Below are positions 38,214-50,677 of a stretch of DNA of 64,000 bases, piece by piece. Each line of letters opens with the position of its first letter. Within the stretch, counting starts at the first letter, position 1. Location of the stretch: contig NW_027192211.1 of assembly GCF_041956535.1 (NCBI RefSeq), positions 92,469-156,468 of the forward strand, read 5' to 3'. Source of the stretch: Calcarisporiella thermophila CBS 279.70 (Eukaryota; Fungi; Calcarisporiellomycota). A program made the translations under genes and the position numbers. The notes under the pieces were generated by a model. That model was not told where the DNA came from. It saw only the letters and a list, made by a program, of their open reading frames with translations, and ran no database searches.

Positions 38214-40516
38214 ATGGTCTCATTATTTTTTGGAAATAACCAGTTTGAAGAACTCATTGGTAAGTAAGATTATTAAAAAAATTAAAATAATACATCATGC
38301 TGGTTATATCAACCATGATACTAATATAAAATGTCTACTTCAATTTCCGTAAGATCGCGCTACATCTGAACTTCTTCCAGCTGGCCATGAAGATCTAGCG
38401 CTTAATCTCGAAATTTGCGATCAGATTCGCAGCAAACAAGTTAATGCACGAGAGGCAATGCGCAGTTTAAAGCGTCGCATTGAGCATAAAAACCCAAACG
38501 TTCAGCTACTCGCCTTGACTGTAGTTCTTCTTATTTTATAGTCATTAGACTTATTTAATCTAATTTATCAATTGATTAGCTGACTGATACATGCGTTAAG
38601 AATGGTGGACTTCATTTTCTAGTAGAAATAGCATCACGAGAGTTCATGGATTGTATCGGTGGAATTGTTAGATCTTTGGTTTGTATCGGATATATTAAAT
38701 GACTCATTCTTGTACTTATGCACCTCTTATAATAGTCATGCAATGCAGAAGTTAAACAGAAAATTCTATCCTGTGTACAAAACTGGGGAATTGCGGCGAA
38801 AGAAAAACCGCAACTCAGTTACATTTCAGAGATCTATCAAACTCTCAAACATGAGGGATTTGTATTCCCACCACCATCACAAGCTGATGCAATAATGTTG
38901 GATTCCGAAGCGGTAAGTGCCAGGTTTTTTCGGCCATTCAAGCCTAATATTTATACAACATTTACGTCGTAGCCACCTGAGTGGTCCGATAGCGATGTGT
39001 GCGAGCGTTGCAGAACGCCTTTTACTTTTACTAATCGTAAAGTAATTTTCTTTGTTTACTTACTACATATATCGGATACACTTGCTTAAAATAGCTTGTT
39101 TTATAGCACCATTGTCGTGCCTGTGGTAAGACAATATGTCATCAATGCTCGACACACAATTTGGCACTCCCCCACCTTGGAATTACTCAAGAGGTGCGAG
39201 TGTGCGATACTTGCTATGCAAAAAAGAAGATTGGACGACAAAGCTACCAGAGACATTCGCCACAAATACAAATTCAATCGTCGTCATCTACTAGAAATCA
39301 AGCTACCCCCGCACCTGCGAGCGAAGAAGATGAGGACTTAAAGCGCGCAATCGAGTTGAGTTTAAAAGAGGCTGAGCGAAAGAAAGGATACACTCCATCT
39401 CCGTCGCGAGTCGATTCTAAACCTTCTCAACCGAATAAAGCAGAAGAAGAAAGCGACCCGGATCTTGCTGCTGCTATTGCTGCCTCACTTCAAGATATGA
39501 ATGCTCAGCCACAATACAAATCAACTTCATCCTACTCTCCCTCCTTTCACAACGGGCCAAGTCAATTGCCATCTAACGATTTACAGGCTATTGAAAGAGA
39601 GAACTTGGAGCTCTTTTGTACAGTGGTTGATCGGATAAAAGAGTCAGGCGGAGATATAATGAGTGATTATCACGTACAGGCACTCTATGACCAGATGGGA
39701 TCAATGAGGACTAAATTGGCGATGAGTTTGGATGAAGCGGTAAAAAAACATGGTAAATTTTATGGGTTCTCAGTTTGATACCAGTAGAATTGCTGAAATA
39801 TTTAATATTCTCTTTTAGGGCGGTTTGTTCAACTCCATGAACGTGTTAATAAGGCAGTTAAGCTATATGATAACCTCCTGGAACAGCGTTTAACAAATGC
39901 ATATAATCGCCACTCATTGTCACACAGCGTACACCCACTACCTTCTCCTCCTGTAGTTGGGGGCGACTCTATGTATTCGAAGCTTGTGGGAGGGTCACAA
40001 ATATTAAATGAAAGTATTTATCCAAGAATTGATGCTTCTGCCCCTTATGTTTTCAATCAGCCTACTGGCTATCCCCAACCTCAACCACAACCCCAACCCC
40101 AACAGTCATCAACCCCATCCTCTGCATGGCCTTCATCCTATGCACCTAACCCGTGGCCAGGTCCGACGCCTCAGCAGCAGCCGCAACAGTCGCAGCCACA
40201 GCTACCACACCCTCACTCTGGAAGCTATTATCCCTCCACGGCTCCTTCGGCTTTACCCCCACAAAATCAACAGCAGCTACAACCGCAAACGCAGACTCAG
40301 ATCTCACATCCTACGCAAACAGAATACCAGCAGTCGTACTCATCCCCAGGTTATGACAACAGTGCCGCTTATAATCCACCTCAATACGCTCAAGCACCAC
40401 AATCCCAGCAACAGCTGCAATCTCAGTTGCAATCAAGCAACCACTATCCTCATCCTGCTCAGCATAGTGCCCAAGTAGAGACAGCTAAAGAAGAGGCACC
40501 ACTAATTGAATTGTGA
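38214..40516 (+). CDS. VPS27: Vps27/Hrs ESCRT-0 subunit (VHS-FYVE-UIM-GAT)
   Basis: VHS ([28 protein letters not shown]), FYVE ([29 protein letters not shown]), two UIMs ([24 protein letters not shown]) and a P/Q-rich tail ending in the clathrin box LIEL. Confidence 0.96.
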
Positions 40517-41637
40517 TTGGTTATATATTATATGAAATTGGCTATAGTGATTTTTGTTATAAAATAAAGCCTATGATTTAAGTATATAACTTTATCTACT
40601 ATTAACATTATCTTTCCTATAGAATATATCCATCATATTTTGTGTAGGAAAATATGATTTTTTTATGGGCATAGATATACAATGATTATTTCCTAAACTC
40701 TACATCAATAAATGATGGCCAGTAAAGCTAAACTTGTAAAGTAAAGATATAATAAAAATCGAATTTTTGAGGGTAAAGCAGTATATAAGGCGGAAAAAAG
40801 TGCATACTCAGTGCTATTATTTTTTTTTTCGCACAATATTGGAATAGAGTAAATAAGGATTTACACTAAAACTTGCAAGCTATTAAGCTAAAAAAGAATT
40901 GTCCAAGGCCTCTATATTCTAAGTTTTAAAACTATTTTTCTGGGGGGTGTCAAATGTAAATAGTGGACACATGATTGCAGTAAGTGCCAACTAATAACTA
41001 ATAGTAACATAAATGTCTAGAAGTCAACCCTAGCTATAAATACCCAACACCATATAAACTGACTATCCGCAATGTATGTGTTAGTAGGCTCAGCTCTAAT
41101 TCATGAGATACATGATATTGACAACTCATATTCTTAGGCGGTACTTAGTATTAATTTTGGTCAAATATTCATATGTATGAGAGTTAAGTCCTTAAAATAT
41201 ACTTCACATATTGCTTAAATTTATTTGCGTTACTGACTAATATATACCTAACCCAATCAACTTTTCTGGCACGTGGAGTCTAGAGGAAAGAGCAATCAAC
41301 TTAGCTCAATATTTTGTCCATGTCAATGCGTGCGCATGAGTTTTCACCAAAATTCATTTTCGAAAGCATTTTCACTACCATTTTCTACTATATATACTAA
41401 ATCTCTCAAATTGACGGTAGTATCACCTATATTTTATAAAAATTAAATTATGGTTTATTCTTTGTTATCCATGTATAATGCTCCTTATTACGATGCTTCC
41501 TCAAGACGCTATTTGTCTGGAAAATGATACTCTTAGTGATATTAAATTAGTGACTGCAATTTAATTTTGATTCTCCGTGGCTCATATTGTTTACCATTTC
41601 TCCAACATAAGCGTTTTCTCATTCAATACTCGACAGA

Positions 41638-43265
41638 ATGCAAACGCGTTCAGGATCAAAGACCGCCAAAGTAACAATTGCAGATGCCAATGTCTCCAGT
41701 GTAAATGTGACTAAACAAAAAAAGATTCATGCAGAAACCGAAAAAAACCAAGATATGCCTGTAAAAAAAAAGCAAGAAAACCTCTGGCGGAATCGCTCAA
41801 TCAAAAAAAAGCAAAAGGGAGAGAGGTGATATAAAAAGAAACAAGATTGAAGAGGAAGAGAATGAGAGCGTTGCGTATCCCAAGCAGAAAAAGCTTGATA
41901 CAAGAAATAAAGTGAAGGCAAGCATAGAGAAGAATGTAAGCGCCTTGATCTTTATACTTACATACATTCCATCTAATTCAAGTATATTTAAGTATAAAAC
42001 AGATGAATCGATTACAGCCAAGAAGCTGCATTTAAATACACAAGTACTTGTGTGTGATTTTTTAATACCCTCGATCATATTATTTACTCTCTATTCTATA
42101 TCTTCATAGGTTGTGATCGACGATAATAAAGAAGTAGACCGGTTCAGCGAAGGCCAAAAAAATACAGAGAAACTTCGAGAGAATACAATTAATCAAACTG
42201 ACGCACAAACTAATGTTAAGGGGAAACACCATCAAATTGATCAAGGAGTAAATACTATGGAACCACAGGTGGGTCCATTTTTGCGCACAGATTTTCGCAA
42301 GAAATAGATTTAAAAAAAATCATTTTTTAGAGTAAAGCTGAATTCGATAATCGGATACCGCATGATTCAAATAAGATGGTATTATTACCAGCTTCTTTAT
42401 TATATTTCCTTAACTAACCTTGTTTTTCCTTTACCATAGGGACAAATAGTAGAAAATAAGGCTGATACAGACGATGGTCAAACAAAATCAAGAGGGAAGA
42501 AAAGAAGAAGAAAAGAGAAAAAGATTTCCTCAGCTCAAGTAAGATTTGTATCGCCTTTCTAATTTGTAAATTTGCTCTAACGAGAAGAGATGAATTATGT
42601 GCAGAATGATGAGGTTGGAGAGGCTGCTAAGGAGGTTGGTATCTATATCCCAGACGTGAGGAGAATTCATTAACCACTTGTGTTAATCATTTTGAATTGT
42701 TTTGATTCTTCACAAAAGAGCGACGAAATGGGTCGTCATGCAACACAACTCAATACAAAGAGAAAAAAATTTGCGGAGGATAAGGTATATTTCCTCATGA
42801 TTCCTTTTATTTATTGGAATAGCTCTAAGTATTCTATTGCAAATTTCAGAATACTATGCTAAAAATGGTATTAGATGCCGCCAATAAAGAAGATAAAAGG
42901 ATTGAACAAAAGCTGAACAAAAGGGTAATTTGTATATATTGGCCTTGCTATACTATAGATTATAGATTAACACTTATTTCATTTCAAGGCGAAGATTGAA
43001 GAGAAGCTAGAGGAGAAAGAAAAGAAGAAAGAAAAGAAGAAATCAATCAGAGAAAAGCAGCTGGTATTTATATATTATGATTGGATTGATTTGAAAAGTA
43101 TCTTCTTAATTCTAATGATAATTATACTAATAGTTGGAGGTCAAAGAGAAGATTCTAAACCGAAAAGCTAAACGCCGACTAGATCGCAAAAAGACGAAGG
43201 CACAAGAGAGAGCAATGCAAGAGGAATCAATAGGGAAAAAGAAAAAAAAGGTTTCTTTTGCTTAG
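41638..43265 (+). CDS. LOC1: Loc1-like 60S biogenesis/RNA-binding basic protein; apparent +1 frameshift in exon 1
   Basis: The C-terminal half KRKKFAEDK-NTMLKMVLDAANKEDKRIEQKL..AKIEE..EKKKEKK..LEVKEKI...KKKKVSFA* resembles fungal Loc1. Exon 1 is only contiguous if the A9 run at 41763-41771 loses one A. Confidence 0.55.
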
Positions 43266-43785
43266 TATTCTATTTCGATTTCATTTTAATTATAATAAAA
43301 ATATCTGTGGTTGAATTTCAATTATGAACATTTTTGGGAGGAGGACGTGATTAAAATCTTTGGGGCCTTTTTATTGCAACTCTCTCTTCTCCATTCCATC
43401 TGCTCCTTCTCTTTTTTTTTTCTTGTTCCTTTTCTTTGTGTCATTGCTCATTAGGTTAGATCTTTTCCCCCCTTTTACCTCCTGTCTTCGCCAATTTCAT
43501 CTCTTTCCCTTCTCTTTCCTTTTTTTATCGGCTTTCTTTGTAGGTTTTTCTTTGGTGTTTTTTTTTTTTTCTTTTCCTTTTGTCTTTTAGCTTGCTAGCC
43601 TTTGTTCTTTATTCTAATTATTTTTCTTATTGTTTAGAAGGACATAAGTCCTATGTTATAAGCACATTTCTGACTTTTTTTTCTTCTGTTAAATAGTTTT
43701 TGCGCCTTTACCTTTTTGCCTTCCTTTTTTTTTTTGCTTTCTCTAAATATTCGTGTAAAAATCTTTATCGGACGTCGCTTCAACA

Positions 43786-44721
43786 ATGACGCTCAGTAAA
43801 CGCCCTCTTTCTTTCCCGTCCTCTCTTTCCAATCATATATCCGCGCACCAGTTAACACCTCTTCGCGCCCCACGAACACGCCCTCAAAGTCAGCTCACGA
43901 ATCAGAGCCCAATTGCAACACAAACGAAGACGGACCCTAAACGCGGCAAACGTAGTAGCAGTAGCAATAAGAAAAAAGGGCACTTGGACACAACGCCCAA
44001 ACAAGCTTCCCCTTTTCTCTCCACTAAAAAGCGATACCACCGCCGCTCTGCTCAGCGATCAACAGAGACCAGTAAATCGTGTCAGGTGAATGATGAAGAG
44101 GTGCTCTTTGCTGCTGCTTCCGCTACTGCTGTTTCTGGGGATGATGGATCGACGCTAAGGAGAGAAAAGCACTACTCCCTACCGCCCCCTCCGCCTCGCC
44201 CTAACTTTTTCCCAACAAAACCGTCCTCAAATCGATGGAATGCTAAGAAAGAGGAAAAACAAGCTAATGTACGAGTGCGACGCCGTTCTAATACAACTGT
44301 AGTATCGACTTTGTACGCAGGGCCTACTTTCCACAACTCGCCTGCCCCAAGCACACTACCCGTTCCTGCATTCAAGAAATTGGCTCCAATTCAGTGGCAT
44401 GAAGAAGATGAAGAGAAAACGGAGCCCAGTGAATATGAACGTGCGGAAGCTTTACGTGTGAAGTCTCGTGAGCTCATGAACCTGCTCTCGGGTTCCCCTA
44501 CTCGCACGCCAACCCTTACCCCTTCTTCCTCTACTTCATCGCTCTCCTCTGCTTCAATTCCATCTCCTTCGCGCAATTCCGTCGTTGTCGAGAGTTCTAC
44601 GCTGGTTCCCGATCGTATGGCCACGGCGCATCCTATCACCTATCCCTCCCCTTCCTCCCCTAGGGGTGAACTTCGAATGATGACGCAAACGCTGCGTACT
44701 CTTTTGAAGATGAAGGGATGA
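43786..44721 (+). CDS. PNRC/Edc1-like mRNA decapping activator (disordered, single exon)
   Basis: Conserved YAGPTFHNSPAPSTLPVPAF motif; C-terminal leucine-rich helix ELRMMTQTLRTLLKM. Confidence 0.8.
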   Translation: MTLSKRPLSFPSSLSNHISAHQLTPLRAPRTRPQSQLTNQSPIATQTKTDPKRGKRSSSSNKKKGHLDTTPKQASPFLSTKKRYHRRSAQRSTETSKSCQVNDEEVLFAAASATAVSGDDGSTLRREKHYSLPPPPPRPNFFPTKPSSNRWNAKKEEKQANVRVRRRSNTTVVSTLYAGPTFHNSPAPSTLPVPAFKKLAPIQWHEEDEEKTEPSEYERAEALRVKSRELMNLLSGSPTRTPTLTPSSSTSSLSSASIPSPSRNSVVVESSTLVPDRMATAHPITYPSPSSPRGELRMMTQTLRTLLKMKG

Positions 44722-45304
44722 TCTGATAATTTCCATTCCTTTTTTCCTCCATTTCCCCTTTTTCCCTTTTTCCTCTAATATTTCGCTCCTGAACGTGCGT
44801 TGTGAAATCAAGTGCTTGTGATATGTTTGGTATAGTCGAAGAATGAGTTGGTGACGTTTTTTTCGTGCTGGTGTTTTATAATAAAGTCCAAATCATAGGC
44901 CCAAGTCCCTGATATGCCCCTGTTCTACTAAGCGTCTGTTATATGAAGATCAAGGCTATTTTGCCCAGCATTTGCTCTCCGTAGACTTTCCTACTAACAA
45001 TCCCCACAAGCTACATGAATTATGGATTAAATTAGGAAGCGAATTCTGATTGGATGACGATTTACACCTGCGACCGATCATTTTTATTTCTCAGCCTTCC
45101 ACATGTTCATTCCTTTTTTTTTCTCGTCCTCTTTTTTTTTTATTTTTTTTCCTTCGAATCATAGTGGTAAATGTCACGTAAACTAAAAAGGTTCATGCTT
45201 AGAAATTTAACTAACATATTTATAAATGCAGCAGTAGCTGCATTTGAATCACCTACTCTCTATATTTAGCATCTTTTATCAATTCATTTCAAGTTCTATT
45301 CAAG

Positions 45305-45731
45305 ATGGGTATGTATATCCGTCATAACTCTCATCTTTCCTTATACTTGTTATATTGTTAATGTTTCTCACTTCCTCAATCTATATATTATATTCGGAAT
45401 TACTCTTTTTGAATTTCTCACTTCATAACAATATTTATTATGAGCCTAATATTTTACTGTTTTCATCATCATCTATTTAGCTGATGTTACCCGTCAGGAA
45501 AGCGCGGCTAAACTGGAGAAATTCCTAACCAAGCGCCCAGAAGCCTCAGATTTGGTGGAACGTAATGTGCTCAAAGACACTCACGTTGCCCCTTCTCTTC
45601 AAAGCCATGCAGTTGAATTGGAACGCAATCGTCTCTCTGATGAACTCGACCATAAGCTTGAGAAACGCCCAGATCCCAAAGAGTTGGTGGAGCGCAACAT
45701 TCTATACGAAAATGAAGTTCCTGGGAAATAA
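45305..45731 (+). CDS. 84-aa two-RPEL-repeat protein (not in the ORF track)
   Basis: Exon 1 is ATGG (45305-45308), intron 45309-45480, then exon 2 gives MADVTRQESAAKLEKFLTKRPEASDLVERNVLK...LDHKLEKRPDPKELVERNILYENEVPGK*. Confidence 0.9.
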
Positions 45732-46001
45732 ATCATCGCAAAGATTTCAATTTTTAATTTTTCCAACTTCTGTTTGCCTTTTTTTATGATTAGTATATTT
45801 TTTTTACGATTTTGAATTTGATCACTATTTTCTTGCTAGCAATAAAATGTCATAGGCTTTTCCTAGCTTTAGGATCTGAATAAGCAGCCATTGCGCTAAC
45901 ACTTTTGATTTCAAAGTTCGTCGTTTAATTATTATTCAAAAATATAACATTAAGTTGCTAAAATATGGACATGTTAATGAACCGGTATATATGAATGCTC
46001 T

Positions 46002-49000
46002 TCACCTCGCTCCATTGCTCTTGCTGGGTTTAAACAATTTATCCCAGTAATGTTTAAAATAATTGCGTACAATTAAAAGGGTTTGCATGGACTTTTGCGA
46101 GGGTGGTAATCGACTTTCTAGTTGCTGAATCTGATTTACAGTATGAAAAGGGTCAAACACGTCACTTAGAAATTCACAACGCTTAACTTACCTTTTGATT
46201 GAAGTTATCCACATATTCCTCTACCTCCCGTAACTTGTCTTCCATTACCGAAAGCTCATATTGAAGCTTGGAAGTACGTAGAGATGCTTGCTTGACAGTG
46301 CTTTCTTGCTCACTCTGACGAGCTAGCATGTCCATGGCGGCCTCTCTCGTGGTCTATACATTAAACAAGTGGTATGGGAAAAGAGTTCAAATATAGCTGA
46401 GTATATCCTCGCCCAAACCTTAAATTCCTCTTCACGATCGCCATAAGCTCTAGCTAAGAGATCCGTCTTTTGATCATAGGTAGCAGATAATTTCTAAAGG
46501 AGCATGTTTAATAAGATCATATTGGAAGCTTCCTAGTCCTGTAATCACCTCTAACCGAAATACTGTTTCTTGTAGATCGCCTTCTCGTCGCCTCAACTCT
46601 TCAAGAAGTGAAAACGTTTGGAGATCACAGAACATTATTTGGCTATATTTGTCCGAAATATAACGATGATAATTGCTTAATATTCAACTAAAAGAGAGAT
46701 GAAAAATGTACTTACGGTGGGTGATTTATCCATTCCAGAAGCTCTAAGTCACTATACCCGGTAAACGTGTGAAACCGTTGCATCGAAGGTCTTCGGGTTT
46801 GAGATAGGGGAGCAAAGGAAGTGCCATTTACTGAATTCGATCGCCTAAGAACTAAAACACTGTTCATTTCATGGCTACGCATGCCATCGGCCCCATCGGC
46901 TCCATTGGTTATGGACTCGGCCAGAATTGATGATTTGCGAGTAAATCGCACTGCTTTACGTCGACGTCTCTCTCCAAAAAGCGAGGGAAGTTTTACATGG
47001 GACGTGGGTCTATCAGCACCAAGACTAGGCGCAATATCTTTTGCGTCATCTGAAGTATGGGATTTTGGACTACATAATACAAAGAATTAATCAAATTATA
47101 GGTGACTGCTTAATGCCTAAGCAACCTTGCAGCTGGCTCTTCTTTAAAGTTTGGATTCACGCTTGATTGTGGTTCTTGGGCTATCGATTGTATCATTCTG
47201 TCCCCGGAACCTGGTCTTTTATCAGTGCGTTGCTTAAGATCAGATAATGAGCTACGAAAAAATGCAAGAGAATTATTAATAACAGGTACGCATGCATTAT
47301 TTCATGGCAATTATGAATTACCCTGCTACGTTCATGATCATTCCAACCCCCTCTCGAATGGTACCTCCAGCCTTTGTCTAAATAAGGAGGGTCATTAGGT
47401 AGCTAATTAAAATTTAGAGATATCAATCATACAGTTCGCACGGAAACACCTCTCAATAAATTTCTTCCAATCTCTCTACCATCCGGTAGCCAATCTACCG
47501 GAGGATGTATATTATCCACGTCACTATTTTGCGAAGGGCGTCCTTTACCCTGCCAAAGATATTTTAGCCTGTCAATATTTATAGAGCGGATGAAATTGTT
47601 TAAATTCGAAGTCTCTTGTTCAATGGGCGTGTTGGACATTCCTGTAAATTAATCGAATTAAATGTCAACTCTCAATAAATATTTAAAATTAACCAGAAAA
47701 AGGATTATGGACATACCGGAGAAATCTTCAATCTTAGACATCAAGACCTATATTGATAAATACGGCAATAATCAGTAATCATTAGTAATTTCAAAAAAAA
47801 AGTTCTTTAGTACTTTGTGGACTCTTAGGCTAGACTGGGGACTTGATTTGCTATAGAGCTCGTTCAGCATTTTAATCGTAACATTGTCAAGTGATTTTGA
47901 TATGTTGACTTTTATTGATTTCTATCATAAAATAAGAAAAATGTCATAGTTTATCGCATATTTTTGAAGAGATTGATTTACCTGAAAAGAAGCAACGTTG
48001 TTGCGAAAAGTTTCCCTTTCAGTAAACGGATCTTTGCAGACCTGGTAGCCAAGAGAGCTCAATTTTTGACGGCAATCCACTAGTTTACTTAACAATGCTG
48101 CTAAAAGTCGTGGGTCCAACCAGACCTCATCTAACTATAGGTTTGAAAAGAGTTAAAAAAATAATATCTGTTTTGATAATAATTTAAACATCACCTCAGG
48201 GAATTCGAAAGATCCCTGTTCATTATAAAATGAGCGCAGCGCCTCTAGGGTAGCGTCGCAAAGAAGCCCATCAATCCAGCTGGAGCGGAAATGACCAAAT
48301 AAATTTAGGGCTATCTGTGCAAGAGTAACGAGCTCCATAACAGAATATTGAAAATTAATATGTTCAGATGTAGAGTAGAGTTGACGAAACTTGTCTTTCT
48401 GTGCATTGCTGGGGGGAAAAACAAAGTAAAGAAAGGATTAAAATTGTCAATTAAGGAAGCAAATTCGAAATATCCCTAGATTACTTTGGTGGATTTAAGC
48501 TAAATGCGCTTCGCCCAGTGCAACGTAAACGACGAAGATTCAGATTTACATAACATTCAGTGATGTGCTCTTCATAATCTCCATCAGGCACCAGGACAAT
48601 GTTGAGGCTCGAGGGGAAATTAGTTAGATTAGATACCATTATAGTGCCCAATTTTGTCTGAAAAAATGTGGAATTAACCCAACAGAAAATGTTCAGCTAA
48701 AGTGTATACATGTCATTTCCACTCACCATTTTTGGTTTCGCCAGTCCCTTCAAATCCATGTCCGACAATAGCTTTTCAGCCTCGCGTGGCAAGTTGGTAT
48801 TATCAACATCTGGAGCAAGGCTCACTGAACACACTTTAATCTACGAGTGATGCAATTAATAAAATTCAGTATCCATTAAATGAAGATGAAACAAAATAAT
48901 TTACCTTGTGTGAACTATCTCCCGTGAATACCTTTACTGTATTGCAAAAAGAGGTTCGATCAACTACCCTAAAATATTGTTATAGCTATTTTCTAATTGA

Positions 49001-49156
49001 ATTATCTCTACTACGAGCTTACCATTGCTCGACTATATAAATCTGAAAGCCGGTGAGCCATGTCTCTTCAAAATGAACATGTAATCCCAATTGTTGTGCT
49101 AGCCTGAGCATTCGGCGGCGCTCCACGAAAAGATAATCTCCATAGGAATTATTCAT
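46002..49156 (-). CDS. Stb2/Stb6 (Sin3-binding) family protein, many exons
   Basis: LTGFQIYIVEQW, VFTGD..HKI, TKLGTIMVSNLTNFPSSLNIVLVPDGD, NLNLRRLRCTGRS, DKFRQLY, DGLLCDAT, IDRLKYLWQGK; C-terminal coiled coil. Confidence 0.88.
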
Positions 49157-49320
49157 GACAAGAAGGTGAAAGAGCACACAATGTTTGAATATGGGGAGAA
49201 TATTTCGCGTGACATTAATATAAATCTGACTTTAAGCGTTAATTTAAAATATTATATGTTGGATAGTTGGATAGTGGGGAACTTGATAGTTCCAAAGTAT
49301 TATATACCTTTGGATATGAC

Positions 49321-50546
49321 ATGAATCAACAAATTTTACAAGTATTAGAAACACAGAATATACGTGTTAAACATGAATGGATAACACGTAAACTGAAATT
49401 ATATTGTGATAAACGACCCGGTGAATCTACTTCACAACATCGGATTATTCGCTTTTTACGCGATGCATTTCTTGAATCTGATTTACGTGATATAGGAATG
49501 CCTGCTCTACCCCCCAACATACAATCTTTGCATCAAACAGTTTTGACTGGCGCAGTAATTTTGCAAGTAAACGATCTAATGGAAATTGGTGCTTCTGCAC
49601 AAACACTCCTGAACATCGCGACATCCTCCGTGCCAATCCGCCAAGTATATAAAGAGCGGGACGAAAGTGGCGAGCAGATAGAATATCCGCGATCAATGCT
49701 CAAATTAGTATTGACAGACGGTTACCAAGAAGTGCAAGGAATGGAGTATAAACCACTTACTGAGTTAAATTTACAATCTTTGCTTGGTATCAAGGTAGTA
49801 TTCTTCTCCAAAATATATGCGATCTTCTATACCCATAACATAATATATCTTTTATTATAAAGATCGTGGTGAGACAAGCGCGCATTTTACGTGGAGTTCT
49901 TTTACTTTCTCCAGAAAATGTTACTGTATTGGGGGGGTTTGTTCCTACTTTATGTACCGAGAAGCCCGAAGATTCTCTTGTCCGCAGACTAAAAATGAGA
50001 CTAAAGTGAATACTATATTTGCACTTAAATGATTTTTCACTAATCTATTCATGTGTTAATAGCCTTCCGACTGATCCTATAAGTACATTGAATGACAGTG
50101 CTCAACAAGACAACGCATCCCGCTCTACTGCAGTTGACACTCGAGCACAATTTGGAGCTCAAACATATGAACTAAATGAAAAGAAGTTGTTACCCAGTCA
50201 TTTTTCTCAAAGTTTGGCCGCGCATGAAACGGATTTAGAGAATCTATTTAATGATATGGATCAAGACTTGTTTTCGGATGGAGCCCCGGCGTCAAAAGGC
50301 GCTTATTCAAATAGTATTGTTGATTTGACCCATGATGACGAAGAAAGGCTAGCATGCGATTCTCTTGCAGACAAACTTTACAGCGATGACCTTGATCCTA
50401 ACTTCTACGATGATGCTGTACAAATCCTCGATCAGATTGAGCGCGAACAATTTTGTGACGAGGACGAAAATTCACAAAAGAGGAAATCAACTCTTGACTC
50501 TTCGAAGCGAAAAATGGCCAAGATCACTCGCGAAAAAAACCATTAG
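49321..50546 (+). CDS. RMI1: RMI1 (BTR/STR dissolvasome OB-fold subunit), 3 exons
   Basis: VKHEWI, FLESDLRDIG..ALP, LTGAVILQVNDLMEIG.SA, RSMLKLVLTDG..EVQGMEYKPL..L..QSLLGIK, RGVLLLSPENVTVLGG. TTTCGCG upstream at about 49203. Confidence 0.85.
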
Positions 50547-50677
50547 AATATAAAAACTGTGATTTTACTGTATAATTTTCTTAAGCTTCAGATTGCTCTT
50601 TTAATTTTTTTTATTATAATAGACTCAATAGATGGCTTTGAAAACCAAATTATCTAAGTAGCACAATCATCTCGAGA

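Noticed and set aside
40008-40478. Alternative-frame ORFs and CAG/CAA-rich repeats in VPS27
   Set aside because: Explained by the normal P/Q-rich low-complexity Vps27 tail.
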